Shown one piece after another: positions 8,986 to 17,181 of a stretch of DNA of 64,000 bases (its first letter is position 1; the number at the start of each line of letters is the position of its first letter). The notes below the pieces were generated by a model. It did not search any database. It had not been told where the DNA came from and worked only from the letters and a program-made list of their open reading frames with translations. Source of the DNA: an uncultured delta proteobacterium (GTDB lineage Bacteria > Desulfobacterota > Desulfuromonadia > Desulfuromonadales > BM103); NCBI GenBank assembly GCA_963715335.1, contig CAVQRZ010000001.1, positions 96,001 to 160,000 of the forward strand, written 5' to 3'. The position numbers were made by a program, and so were the translations under genes.

Positions 8986-9524
8986 AAGGGCAGCAGAGGG
9001 TTTATCTGTTGTCCTTGTTCATTTCTACTCTGAAATTCAAAGATAAAACCAAAGCAGAACCCGGGGGTTGCGCCCCCCGACTGCGCCTTACTCTTTTGCT
9101 GGCCCAAAAGAGTAAGCAGAAAAAGGCCTGCGCTGCGCTGGGCATGTCTGGTTCGTCAAGGCGGCAACCTCAATTCGGACCATTCTAACCGATTAAGAGT
9201 CTACACTTCCCCCGCAGGAGCCGAGGCTCTTGAGAGCCTCTCCTGTTCGTGGAGACTTGCGTTGATAGAGGTTGTTTTGGCTTTTCCCTGGTAAATCACA
9301 CGGCAAGGTCAGGCCCTTTGACACAGGGCCGGATCCCCATCACAGCAGGTTCTTGAAGTCACAGACATCCGGCAGAGGAGATGCCCTCCGCAAGGAGAAG
9401 GCACTTTTGCATACTTTTGTTGCCGGACAAAAGTATGGCGTCCGGCGGGACGCGACCCGCCGGTTTTGCTTTTAAGCATTTCAAGAAAAGAGAAAAGGGC
9501 AACAGATGAACCATCTGTTGCCCT
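8986..9524 (+). repeat. Structured multicopy intergenic element, copy 1 (core 9051-9473 plus flanking REP-like palindromes)
   Basis: Near-identical to 31714-32135 and 38548-38970; many perfect hairpins; no credible ORF. Confidence 0.92.
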
Positions 9525-9531
9525 AAGCTGC

Positions 9532-9561
9532 AAAGCCCCGGTCATAAATGACCGGGGCTTT
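9532..9561 (-). terminator. Intrinsic terminator-like hairpin downstream of nuoN
   Basis: AAAGCCCCGGTCAT-AA-ATGACCGGGGCTTT, a perfect inverted repeat about 28 bp past the nuoN stop. Confidence 0.7.
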
Positions 9562-9588
9562 GGAATGATGCGCGAGACGTGCTCGAAG

Positions 9589-11052
9589 CTAGAAGACTGC
9601 GAGTTTCGCCAGCTCCATAACATCACCAGGGATGATCCCGAGGTAGAACACACCGATGATCGCAATCACGATCGAGATGGCGACAGTGGCCGGCATGGAA
9701 ACCCAGGCAAAGTCTTCGGTCGGATCGCGGAAGTACATGTAAACCATGACCCGCAGGTAGTAGTAAAGCGACACGGCCGAGTTAAGCACGCCGATTATGG
9801 CCAGCCAGATATAACCGGCCTTGACTGCACCGGCAAAGATAAAGAACTTGCCGGCAAAACCGGCTGTGGGCGGCAGTCCCATCAGCGAAAAGAGGAAGAT
9901 CGCCATGGCAACGCCGAGGAAAGGTCGCTTGTAACCGAAACCGGAGAAACCTTCCAGCGTCAGGTTATCCTCACCCTTTTTGCCTGCCAGGACCAGGATG
10001 GCAAAAGCACCGATGTTCATGAAGGTGTAAGCCAGCATGTAGAAGAGAATACCCGAGTAGCCGATCTCATTCGCAGCAACCATACCGACCAGTGCGTAGC
10101 CGGCATGCGCTATCGAGGAGTAGGCCAGCATGCGCTTGACGTTGGTCTGGCTGATGGCGATCACATTGCCAATCACCATTGTCAGCACCGCAAGGACCCA
10201 CAACATGGCGGTCCATTCCGGTTTCAGGCTGAAGAAGCAGTATTCCATGATACGCAGAAACGCGGCAAAAGCTGCGGCCTTGGGCCCGGCGCTCATGAAA
10301 GCGGTGATCGGAGTCGGAGCACCCTCGTAGACGTCCGGTGTCCACATGTGAAAAGGCGCAGCCGCAATCTTGAAGAGGAAGCCGATCGAAAGCAGGACCA
10401 GCCCGGCAAGGGTCATCGGATTCTCTAGCAGAGAGCCGTGTGCATTGAGGTAAATGCCGATTTCCGTCAGCTTGGTAGACCCTGTGACGCCGTAGATCAG
10501 CGCCATGCCGTACAGGAGGAAGCCGGTGGAGAACGCCCCGAGCAGGAAGTATTTCAGGCCTGCTTCGTTGGACTTGACCTGGCCACGGAAGAACCCGGCC
10601 AGAACATACAGACAGATTGACATGACTTCCAGACCAAGGAAGATCGTCATCATATCGGTTCCGGAGGCCATCCACATAGCGCCTGCAGTGGCAAACAGGA
10701 TCAGCGGATAGTATTCACTGACGGGGTAACCTTCGCGCGTCAGATAATCGTCTGACATGAGGACCGTCAACCCGGCGGCGAAAAGGAAGGTGATACTGAA
10801 GAACGCGGCATAATTGTCCATCGCGACAGCATCATTGAACCCGTATTGAGGATTCCCCCAGCCAGTTACGACAAAGAATCCCGTGACCACCAGGCCGATC
10901 AGGCTGATCCAGACAGCATGCCGCGTGGTGCCACGCGGCAGGAATACATTGATCAGCAGCAGTCCCATGCCGAAGCAGCTCAGTACGAGAGACGGCAATA
11001 TGGCCGCCATATTGACGTTCTGCAAGGCAATTTGCACCAGGTTGTTATCCAT
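9589..11052 (-). CDS. nuoN: NADH-quinone oxidoreductase subunit N
   Basis: EAGLKYFLLG, FKIAAAPFHMWTPDVYEGAP, KRMLAYSSIAHAGY; last gene of operon. Confidence 0.96.
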   Translation of the reverse strand: MDNNLVQIALQNVNMAAILPSLVLSCFGMGLLLINVFLPRGTTRHAVWISLIGLVVTGFFVVTGWGNPQYGFNDAVAMDNYAAFFSITFLFAAGLTVLMSDDYLTREGYPVSEYYPLILFATAGAMWMASGTDMMTIFLGLEVMSICLYVLAGFFRGQVKSNEAGLKYFLLGAFSTGFLLYGMALIYGVTGSTKLTEIGIYLNAHGSLLENPMTLAGLVLLSIGFLFKIAAAPFHMWTPDVYEGAPTPITAFMSAGPKAAAFAAFLRIMEYCFFSLKPEWTAMLWVLAVLTMVIGNVIAISQTNVKRMLAYSSIAHAGYALVGMVAANEIGYSGILFYMLAYTFMNIGAFAILVLAGKKGEDNLTLEGFSGFGYKRPFLGVAMAIFLFSLMGLPPTAGFAGKFFIFAGAVKAGYIWLAIIGVLNSAVSLYYYLRVMVYMYFRDPTEDFAWVSMPATVAISIVIAIIGVFYLGIIPGDVMELAKLAVF

Positions 11053-11084
11053 TGAATGGCTCCTCGAACGCTATGAAATCTAAT

Positions 11085-12653
11085 TTATTCGTTAACGATA
11101 ACTTTTGTCACTGATTGATCCAGGTTCTCAACCATCATGGCGATATGCTGCTTTTCTTTGACCTGGTTGATCAGGTTGTCAAGCGATGGGTTCATCTTCT
11201 CAAGGAAGGTGTTCGGGTAAAAACCGATCCAGAAGATGAACAGTACCAGCGGCAGCATAACGGCCAATTCCCGCACTGACAGGTCTTTGAGGTTTTCGTT
11301 CTTCGGATTGGTAACTTTGCCCATCATGACGCGCTGGAACATCCAGAGCATGTAAACCGCCGCCAGGATAACGCCGGTGGTCGCAAACACGGTGAAGACC
11401 CGCAGTTCACTTTCAAAAGCGCCGACCAGGATCAGAAATTCGCCAACGAAACCATTGGTTCCGGGCAATCCGATTGAAGAGAACGTCACGATCATGAAGA
11501 TCGTCGCAAACACCGGCATGACCTTGCTCAGGCCCCCGAAGTCAGCAATCAGACGGGTATGGCGGCGCTCGTAGATGAATCCGACGATGAGGAAGAGTGC
11601 GCCGGTCGAAATGCCGTGGTTGATCATCTGCAGCATGCCGCCGGACATCCCCTGCAGATTCATGGCAAAGATCCCCAGCATGACAAAACCCAGATGGGAG
11701 ACCGATGAATAGGCGACCAGTTTCTTGACGTCATCCTGCATCATGGCGACCAGCGCCCCGTAAATAATACCGATTACCGCCAACAGCGCCAAGAACGGGG
11801 TGAACTGCATCGTGGCGACCGGGAAGAGCGGGATGGCGAAACGGATAAAGCCGTAGGTTCCCATCTTCAACAGGATGGCAGCAAGGATAACCGAGCCGGC
11901 CGTCGGTGCTTCGGTGTGTGCATCGGGCAACCAGGTATGGACCGGGAACATCGGCACCTTGATGGCGAAGCTGAAGGCAAACGCTGCGAACAGCCAGGTC
12001 TGCAGGTGCGCCGGGATATCCAGCTGGGAGAAATGGGCTACGCTGAAGCCGTTTTCAAACGGCACACCGGCTTTGATCGAGAAATAGTAAACGTAGATAA
12101 TCGCAACCAGCATCAGCAGCGAACCGACCGCGGTGAAGAGGAAAAACTTGATCGCGGCATAAACCCGGTTCTTGCCGCCCCAGATACCGATCAGGAAATA
12201 CATCGGCACCAGCATCAATTCCCAGAACACGTAGAAGAGGAACAGGTCCAGTGAGATAAAGGCTCCGAGCATACCGGTTTCCAGCAGCAGCAACAGTGCC
12301 ATGAAGCCTTTGGTGTTGCGCTCCACTGCATGCCAGGTGGACAGCACGGTGATCGGCATGATGAAGGTCGTCAGAAGGACCAGCCAGAGGCTGATACCGT
12401 CAATGCCGACGTGGTAATTCATCTGGAAGTACTTGCCGATGCTGATCCATTTGGCAAATTCCGTGTAGTGCATGGCCGACGATCCGATGAAGGCGTCGTC
12501 AAAGCCGAGCGGCAGGCTGATCAGGAATATGATGATCGTAAAGATCAACGTCACTGACTTGATCAGGCGGTCGGCCTCCCGAGGCAGGAAAAGGACTACC
12601 AGCATTCCTACCAGCGGGAAAAAGGTCATCAGGCTAAGAAGATGGTCTGTCAT
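11085..12653 (-). CDS. nuoM: NADH-quinone oxidoreductase subunit M
   Basis: FYVFWELMLVPMY, IKVPMFPVHTWLPDAHTEAPT, LLKMGTYG. Confidence 0.96.
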   Translation of the reverse strand: MTDHLLSLMTFFPLVGMLVVLFLPREADRLIKSVTLIFTIIIFLISLPLGFDDAFIGSSAMHYTEFAKWISIGKYFQMNYHVGIDGISLWLVLLTTFIMPITVLSTWHAVERNTKGFMALLLLLETGMLGAFISLDLFLFYVFWELMLVPMYFLIGIWGGKNRVYAAIKFFLFTAVGSLLMLVAIIYVYYFSIKAGVPFENGFSVAHFSQLDIPAHLQTWLFAAFAFSFAIKVPMFPVHTWLPDAHTEAPTAGSVILAAILLKMGTYGFIRFAIPLFPVATMQFTPFLALLAVIGIIYGALVAMMQDDVKKLVAYSSVSHLGFVMLGIFAMNLQGMSGGMLQMINHGISTGALFLIVGFIYERRHTRLIADFGGLSKVMPVFATIFMIVTFSSIGLPGTNGFVGEFLILVGAFESELRVFTVFATTGVILAAVYMLWMFQRVMMGKVTNPKNENLKDLSVRELAVMLPLVLFIFWIGFYPNTFLEKMNPSLDNLINQVKEKQHIAMMVENLDQSVTKVIVNE

Positions 12654-12690
12654 GGATCCTTGCTCCTTATGTCAACGCTTAACGTTCTGC

Positions 12691-14682
12691 TTAGTTGAGG
12701 ATGAAAATGGCCAACATGACCACCGTGCCGAAAACCATTGTCAGGGCATAGTTATGGAACAGGCCTGTCTGGGTGTGGCGCAGTGTCGTGGAAATCGCAC
12801 CAACCAGCTTGGCGAGGCCGTTAACAATACCGTCGATCACCTTGACATCAAAACCTCTCCAGCAGAATATGCCGAGCTTTTTGGTGCTGTTGACGAACAG
12901 GACATCGTAGGCTTCATCAACATACCACTTGTTGAAAACCCAGCGATGCAGCTTAGAAAATTTCGCCGTAAACTTCGCCGGCAGATCCGGATTCTTCAGA
13001 TACATCACCGTCGCAACACCAATTCCGGTCAACGCGACGACAACCGAGAAGACCATCAGCATGATCTCGGTGCTGGCGGTTCCGTGTGCTTCAATCTTGT
13101 ACAGCTCTTGAGAGTGATGGAATACCGGGGCCAGGAACTGGTCGAGCTGATTGCCTACGTGAAACACATCGATAACGTGAGGGATGCCCACCAGGCCGCC
13201 AACGGTTGCCAGGCCTGCCAGGACAACCAGAGGCAGGGTGATCACCCAGGGGGACTCGTGAACATGGTCCTTCGCCTTGGGGTTGGTTTTCTGCTTGCCG
13301 TAGAAGGTCATGTACAGGCAGCGGAACATGTAGAAGGCTGTCATGAACGCTGCAATCACCGCGATGATCCAGACCATCTTGCTGCCGCGGGTCGAGGCAA
13401 ATGCCCACCAGAGGATCTCGTCCTTGGAGAAGAACCCGGAGAAGAACGGCAGGCCTGCGATCGCCAGGCAGGAGATACCGAAGGTGGCATGGGTAAACGG
13501 CATCTTCTTGCGCAGGCCGCCCATGTTGCGCATATCCTGCGCATCATCATGCAGGTGCGCATGATGCAGGGCATGGTGCATGGCATGAATGACCGAGCCG
13601 GAGCCAAGGAACAGACAGGCCTTGAAGAAGGCGTGGGTCATGAGATGAAAGATCCCGGCGGTAAAAGCGCCGACACCCATGGCGACAAACATGAAGCCGA
13701 GCTGGGAAACGGTCGAGTAGGCCAGGACGCGCTTGATGTCGTTTTGGGCAAAACCGATGGTGGCGGCAAAGATCGCCGTCAGAGCACCGACCAGCGCAAC
13801 CACCGACATGGTCACCGGGCTCATCGCGAAGAGCACGTTCATACGACCAATCATGTAGACGCCGGCAGTGACCATGGTCGCCGCATGGATCAGGGCCGAG
13901 ACCGGGGTCGGGCCCTCCATGGCGTCAGGCAACCAGGTAAAGAGCGGCAGCTGGGCGGACTTGCCGGTTGCGCCGAGGAAGAAGCAAAGGGTCGCAACCG
14001 TCGTCACGCCGAGGCCGAGCATCATGTCTCCGGAGAGCAGGTGCGCATTCTCGTTGATTTCGACAAAGTTGATCGTCCAGACATTATGCTTGCTGCCAAG
14101 AGTCCAGAAGATCGTGAAGAGGCCGAGGAGGAAACCGAAGTCACCAACCCGGTTCATGACGAACGCCTTCTTGGCGGCATCACCGGCGCTCTGCTTTTCG
14201 AAGTAGTACCCGATCAGCAGGTAGGAGCAGAGGCCGACACCTTCCCAGCCGACGAACATGACCAGGGCGTTGCTGCCCAGCACCAGCATGAGCATCGAGA
14301 AGACGAACAGGTTCAGATAACAGAAGAAGCGATAGAAGCCTTCTTCACCATGCATGTACCCGATGGAGTAGAGATGGATCAGTGAGCCAACCCCGCAAAC
14401 CACCATGAGCATGACGGCTGAGAGCGGATCAAACAAGAACCCCCAGTCAACCTGCAGGTCGCCAACCGACATCCACGACGCCACGACCGTCTGGTGAATC
14501 TTTTCGGTGTCGCCAAGCAGTTGGTAAAAATACTTGCAGGAGACCAGGAACGAAAGGAAGACGGCACCGGTACCGATGGCACCAATAATCTTCTCGTTCT
14601 TGATGAACCGCTTGCCAAGCAACCCGTTGATAATCGATCCGAGCAACGGGAAGAAGGGTATAAGCCACAGTTTATCGTACAT
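12691..14682 (-). CDS. nuoL: NADH-quinone oxidoreductase subunit L
   Basis: GWEGVGLCSYLLIG, GKSAQLPLFTWLPDAMEGPTPVSALIHAATMV, HAFFKACLFL. Confidence 0.97.
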   Translation of the reverse strand: MYDKLWLIPFFPLLGSIINGLLGKRFIKNEKIIGAIGTGAVFLSFLVSCKYFYQLLGDTEKIHQTVVASWMSVGDLQVDWGFLFDPLSAVMLMVVCGVGSLIHLYSIGYMHGEEGFYRFFCYLNLFVFSMLMLVLGSNALVMFVGWEGVGLCSYLLIGYYFEKQSAGDAAKKAFVMNRVGDFGFLLGLFTIFWTLGSKHNVWTINFVEINENAHLLSGDMMLGLGVTTVATLCFFLGATGKSAQLPLFTWLPDAMEGPTPVSALIHAATMVTAGVYMIGRMNVLFAMSPVTMSVVALVGALTAIFAATIGFAQNDIKRVLAYSTVSQLGFMFVAMGVGAFTAGIFHLMTHAFFKACLFLGSGSVIHAMHHALHHAHLHDDAQDMRNMGGLRKKMPFTHATFGISCLAIAGLPFFSGFFSKDEILWWAFASTRGSKMVWIIAVIAAFMTAFYMFRCLYMTFYGKQKTNPKAKDHVHESPWVITLPLVVLAGLATVGGLVGIPHVIDVFHVGNQLDQFLAPVFHHSQELYKIEAHGTASTEIMLMVFSVVVALTGIGVATVMYLKNPDLPAKFTAKFSKLHRWVFNKWYVDEAYDVLFVNSTKKLGIFCWRGFDVKVIDGIVNGLAKLVGAISTTLRHTQTGLFHNYALTMVFGTVVMLAIFILN

Positions 14683-14735
14683 CTATCTCTCCTCCGAACG
14701 AAGTAAGCTTCTTAGGAAAAGTGGGCGTGAGGCGC

Positions 14736-15038
14736 TCACCATTTCAGCATATTGATATTTTCAACGTCGATCGATTCCCGATTCCGGTAAAAAGCAATCA
14801 TCAGGGCAAGACCAACGGCTGCCTCGGCAGCGGCGACCGCCATTACAAAGAAGACGAAGATCTGGCCGTCTATATTTTGTAAGTGACTCGACAGTGAAAT
14901 AAAGGTCAGGTTGACTGAATTAAGCATCAGTTCAACGCACATGAAGATGACAATTGCATTCCGTCGGGTCAAAACACCATAGGTGCCCATGGCAAAGAGA
15001 ATCGCGGCAACGCTCATGTAGTGGTAAACGCTAATCAT
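14736..15038 (-). CDS. nuoK: NADH-quinone oxidoreductase subunit K
   Basis: RRNAIVIFMCVELMLNSVNL, VAAAEAAVGLAL; 100 aa from MISVYH. Confidence 0.95.
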   Translation of the reverse strand: MISVYHYMSVAAILFAMGTYGVLTRRNAIVIFMCVELMLNSVNLTFISLSSHLQNIDGQIFVFFVMAVAAAEAAVGLALMIAFYRNRESIDVENINMLKW

Positions 15039-15066
15039 TATTATGTCTCCCGTAGTCCTCTGTCGC

Positions 15067-15570
15067 TTAAACTTCTTTTTTGGCGAGTACGACCGCCCCG
15101 ACAATTGCCACCAGCAGGAGGATGGATGCAATTTCAAAGGGCAGGAGGAACTCGGTGAACATGGCCTTGCCAATCAGCTCTACATGGCCGACGCTTTCAA
15201 CTTTGAAGGCAGTGAGATCTCCCTCAGCACCGGTTACCCGGCCACGCTTGATGAAGTAAATCACATTGAAAAGTACCAGCAGGCTGGCGAGGGCTGACCA
15301 GACAATCCCGTTGGTGTAACGCTGGCGCGCTTCCGTACCGAGATTGAGCAGCATGATGACGAACAGGATCAGCACCATAATCGCGCCGGCATAAACCATG
15401 ATCTGGATCGCCGCCATGAAAGGAGCGTGCAACATGACATAGAATATTGCCAGGCAGAAGAAGGTGTTGACCAGGCCCAGAGCACTGTTGACCGGACTTT
15501 GGCAGCGAATCACCAGGAAACCCGAGATTACAGCAACCAGTGCGACCGAATAAAATAACAAAATCTCCAT
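15067..15570 (-). CDS. nuoJ: NADH-quinone oxidoreductase subunit J
   Basis: QIMVYAGAIMVLILFVIMLLN, LLPFEIASILLLVAIVGAV. Confidence 0.95.
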   Translation of the reverse strand: MEILLFYSVALVAVISGFLVIRCQSPVNSALGLVNTFFCLAIFYVMLHAPFMAAIQIMVYAGAIMVLILFVIMLLNLGTEARQRYTNGIVWSALASLLVLFNVIYFIKRGRVTGAEGDLTAFKVESVGHVELIGKAMFTEFLLPFEIASILLLVAIVGAVVLAKKEV

Positions 15571-15591
15571 GAGTTCTACGCTCCTCCTGGC

Positions 15592-15987
15592 TTATTTCAG
15601 CAGCCGCTGCTTGGTGAATTCAAAGTCTTCACGCTTGTAATTGGCCAGTTCGTAGGCCCCTGTCATTTCGATGGCCTCAACCGGGCAGGCTTCCACGCAA
15701 TAACCGCAGAAGATACAGCGCAGCAGATCTATCGTGTAAACTTTCGGGTACTTCTCGCCCTGTTCATTCTCGGCTGACTCCACCGTGATGCACTTGGCGG
15801 GACAGACCGTCGGACAGAGATAGCAGGCGACGCACTTTTCGCGGTCCTGGGCGGGGACCAGGCGATGCAGGCCACGGAAACGATCGGACGGCGTGAGCTT
15901 GACTTTCGGGTACTGCACGGTCGTCGAATGACCCGGCAGCAAGTGTTTGAAGGTGATGCTCAGTCCTTTGGCAAATTCTTTGAACAT
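15592..15987 (-). CDS. nuoI: NADH-quinone oxidoreductase subunit I
   Basis: TVQYP, FRGLH, CVACYLCPTVCP and CIFCGYCVEACP (2x[4Fe-4S]). Confidence 0.95.
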   Translation of the reverse strand: MFKEFAKGLSITFKHLLPGHSTTVQYPKVKLTPSDRFRGLHRLVPAQDREKCVACYLCPTVCPAKCITVESAENEQGEKYPKVYTIDLLRCIFCGYCVEACPVEAIEMTGAYELANYKREDFEFTKQRLLK

Positions 15988-16021
15988 GATCTAGACCTCT
16001 TCAAGACTCAAAGGTAACGGG

Positions 16022-17089
16022 TTATTGCAGGACCACGACCACAAGGCCGGTAATCACGACGTTGGCCAGGGCCAGGGGCAAGAGAACTTTCCATCCCATG
16101 CGCATCAGCTGATCATAGCGGACGCGGGGGAAGGTCGCGCGCAGCCACATGAAACAGAACATCAGGAAATAGATCTTCGCCAGCAGCCAGATAAAACCGG
16201 GGACCATGTTGAAGAGACCCCAGTTGAGCGGTGCACTCCAGCCACCGAGGAACAGCGTAGCGGCGATCGCCGAGATGACGATCATGTTGGCGTATTCCGC
16301 CATGAAGAAGAGCGCATACTTCATCGATGAATATTCAGTACAGAAACCGGAGACCAGCTCGCTCTCCGCTTCCGGCATATCGAAGGGAGTCCGGTTGATC
16401 TCGGCCAGTCCCGTAATGATGAAGAGCCCGAAAGCCAGCGGCTGGGTGAAAACGTACCAGTTCGGGACAAAGGAGCAGACCCCCCAAAGAGGCTCCTGCT
16501 GCAGGGCAACTATTTCACGCAGGCTCAAGGTTTCCGAGAGCATGAAAACGGCAATAATCGTCAGGCCGGCGGCCAGTTCGTAAGAGATCATCTGTGCCGA
16601 AGCACGGATGCCGCCAAGCAGGGAGTACTTGCTGTTCGATGCCCAACCGGCCAGAACGATGCCATAGATGCCGAGACCGGCGAAGGCCAGGACATAAAGG
16701 ACTCCGATATTCAGATCGGTGATCTGCTGGGGAACCATGAAACCGAACAATTTCAGGTCGGGGCCGAACGGAATGACAGCAACCGTAATCAGCGCCGGGA
16801 CCAGAATCATCGCAGGTGCCAGCAGGAACGGGACGATGGTCGCCTGGGTCGGGATGATCTCCTCCTTGAAAAACAGCTTGATGCCATCGGCAAACGGCTG
16901 CAGGAGGCCGTGCCAACCGGTGCGCATCGGTCCAAGGCGGGTCTGCATGTGGCCGATGATCTTACGCTCCCACCAGGTTGCGTAAGCAACGGACAGCATC
17001 ACGACCGTAAAGACCACCAGGATTTTCACCAACATGATCCCGATAAAAATCCCGGGACTGTTTGAGAGGCTCAGCATTTCAGGCGTCAT
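16022..17089 (-). CDS. nuoH: NADH-quinone oxidoreductase subunit H
   Basis: ERKIIGHMQTRLGP, GLLQPFADGIKL, AEINRTPFDMPEAESELVSG. Confidence 0.96.
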   Translation of the reverse strand: MTPEMLSLSNSPGIFIGIMLVKILVVFTVVMLSVAYATWWERKIIGHMQTRLGPMRTGWHGLLQPFADGIKLFFKEEIIPTQATIVPFLLAPAMILVPALITVAVIPFGPDLKLFGFMVPQQITDLNIGVLYVLAFAGLGIYGIVLAGWASNSKYSLLGGIRASAQMISYELAAGLTIIAVFMLSETLSLREIVALQQEPLWGVCSFVPNWYVFTQPLAFGLFIITGLAEINRTPFDMPEAESELVSGFCTEYSSMKYALFFMAEYANMIVISAIAATLFLGGWSAPLNWGLFNMVPGFIWLLAKIYFLMFCFMWLRATFPRVRYDQLMRMGWKVLLPLALANVVITGLVVVVLQ

Positions 17090-17181
17090 GATCTTCCTCT
17101 TCCTCTTATCAGATTAATCTTGCTCTGCGAAATGTATTCACACCGCGAGTGGTACTTGAGCTCCCGCGGGGTTGTCAAAGA

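Noticed and set aside
9272..9475. 67-69 aa ORF (MFWLFPGKSHGK...) recurring in all three repeat copies, plus other short ORFs over the element
   Set aside because: TTG start without a clear RBS. Differences between copies mostly change amino acids, and the frame runs through perfect hairpins. Recurrence simply reflects the DNA repeat.
8922..9561. CRISPR array interpretation of the 30-bp direct repeats or palindromes
   Set aside because: Only two repeats 580 bp apart, no regular spacers and no cas genes.
12472..14385. Long antisense ORFs (e.g. 12472-14385, 9466-10428, 17149-18525, 30319-31650, 39678-41453, 61624-62961)
   Set aside because: They are shadow frames opposite well-conserved genes in GC-rich DNA, with no recognisable motifs.
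17149..17178. Internal promoter before nuoH (minus-strand TTGACA at 17178-17173)
   Set aside because: No acceptable -10 box at 16-18 nt spacing.
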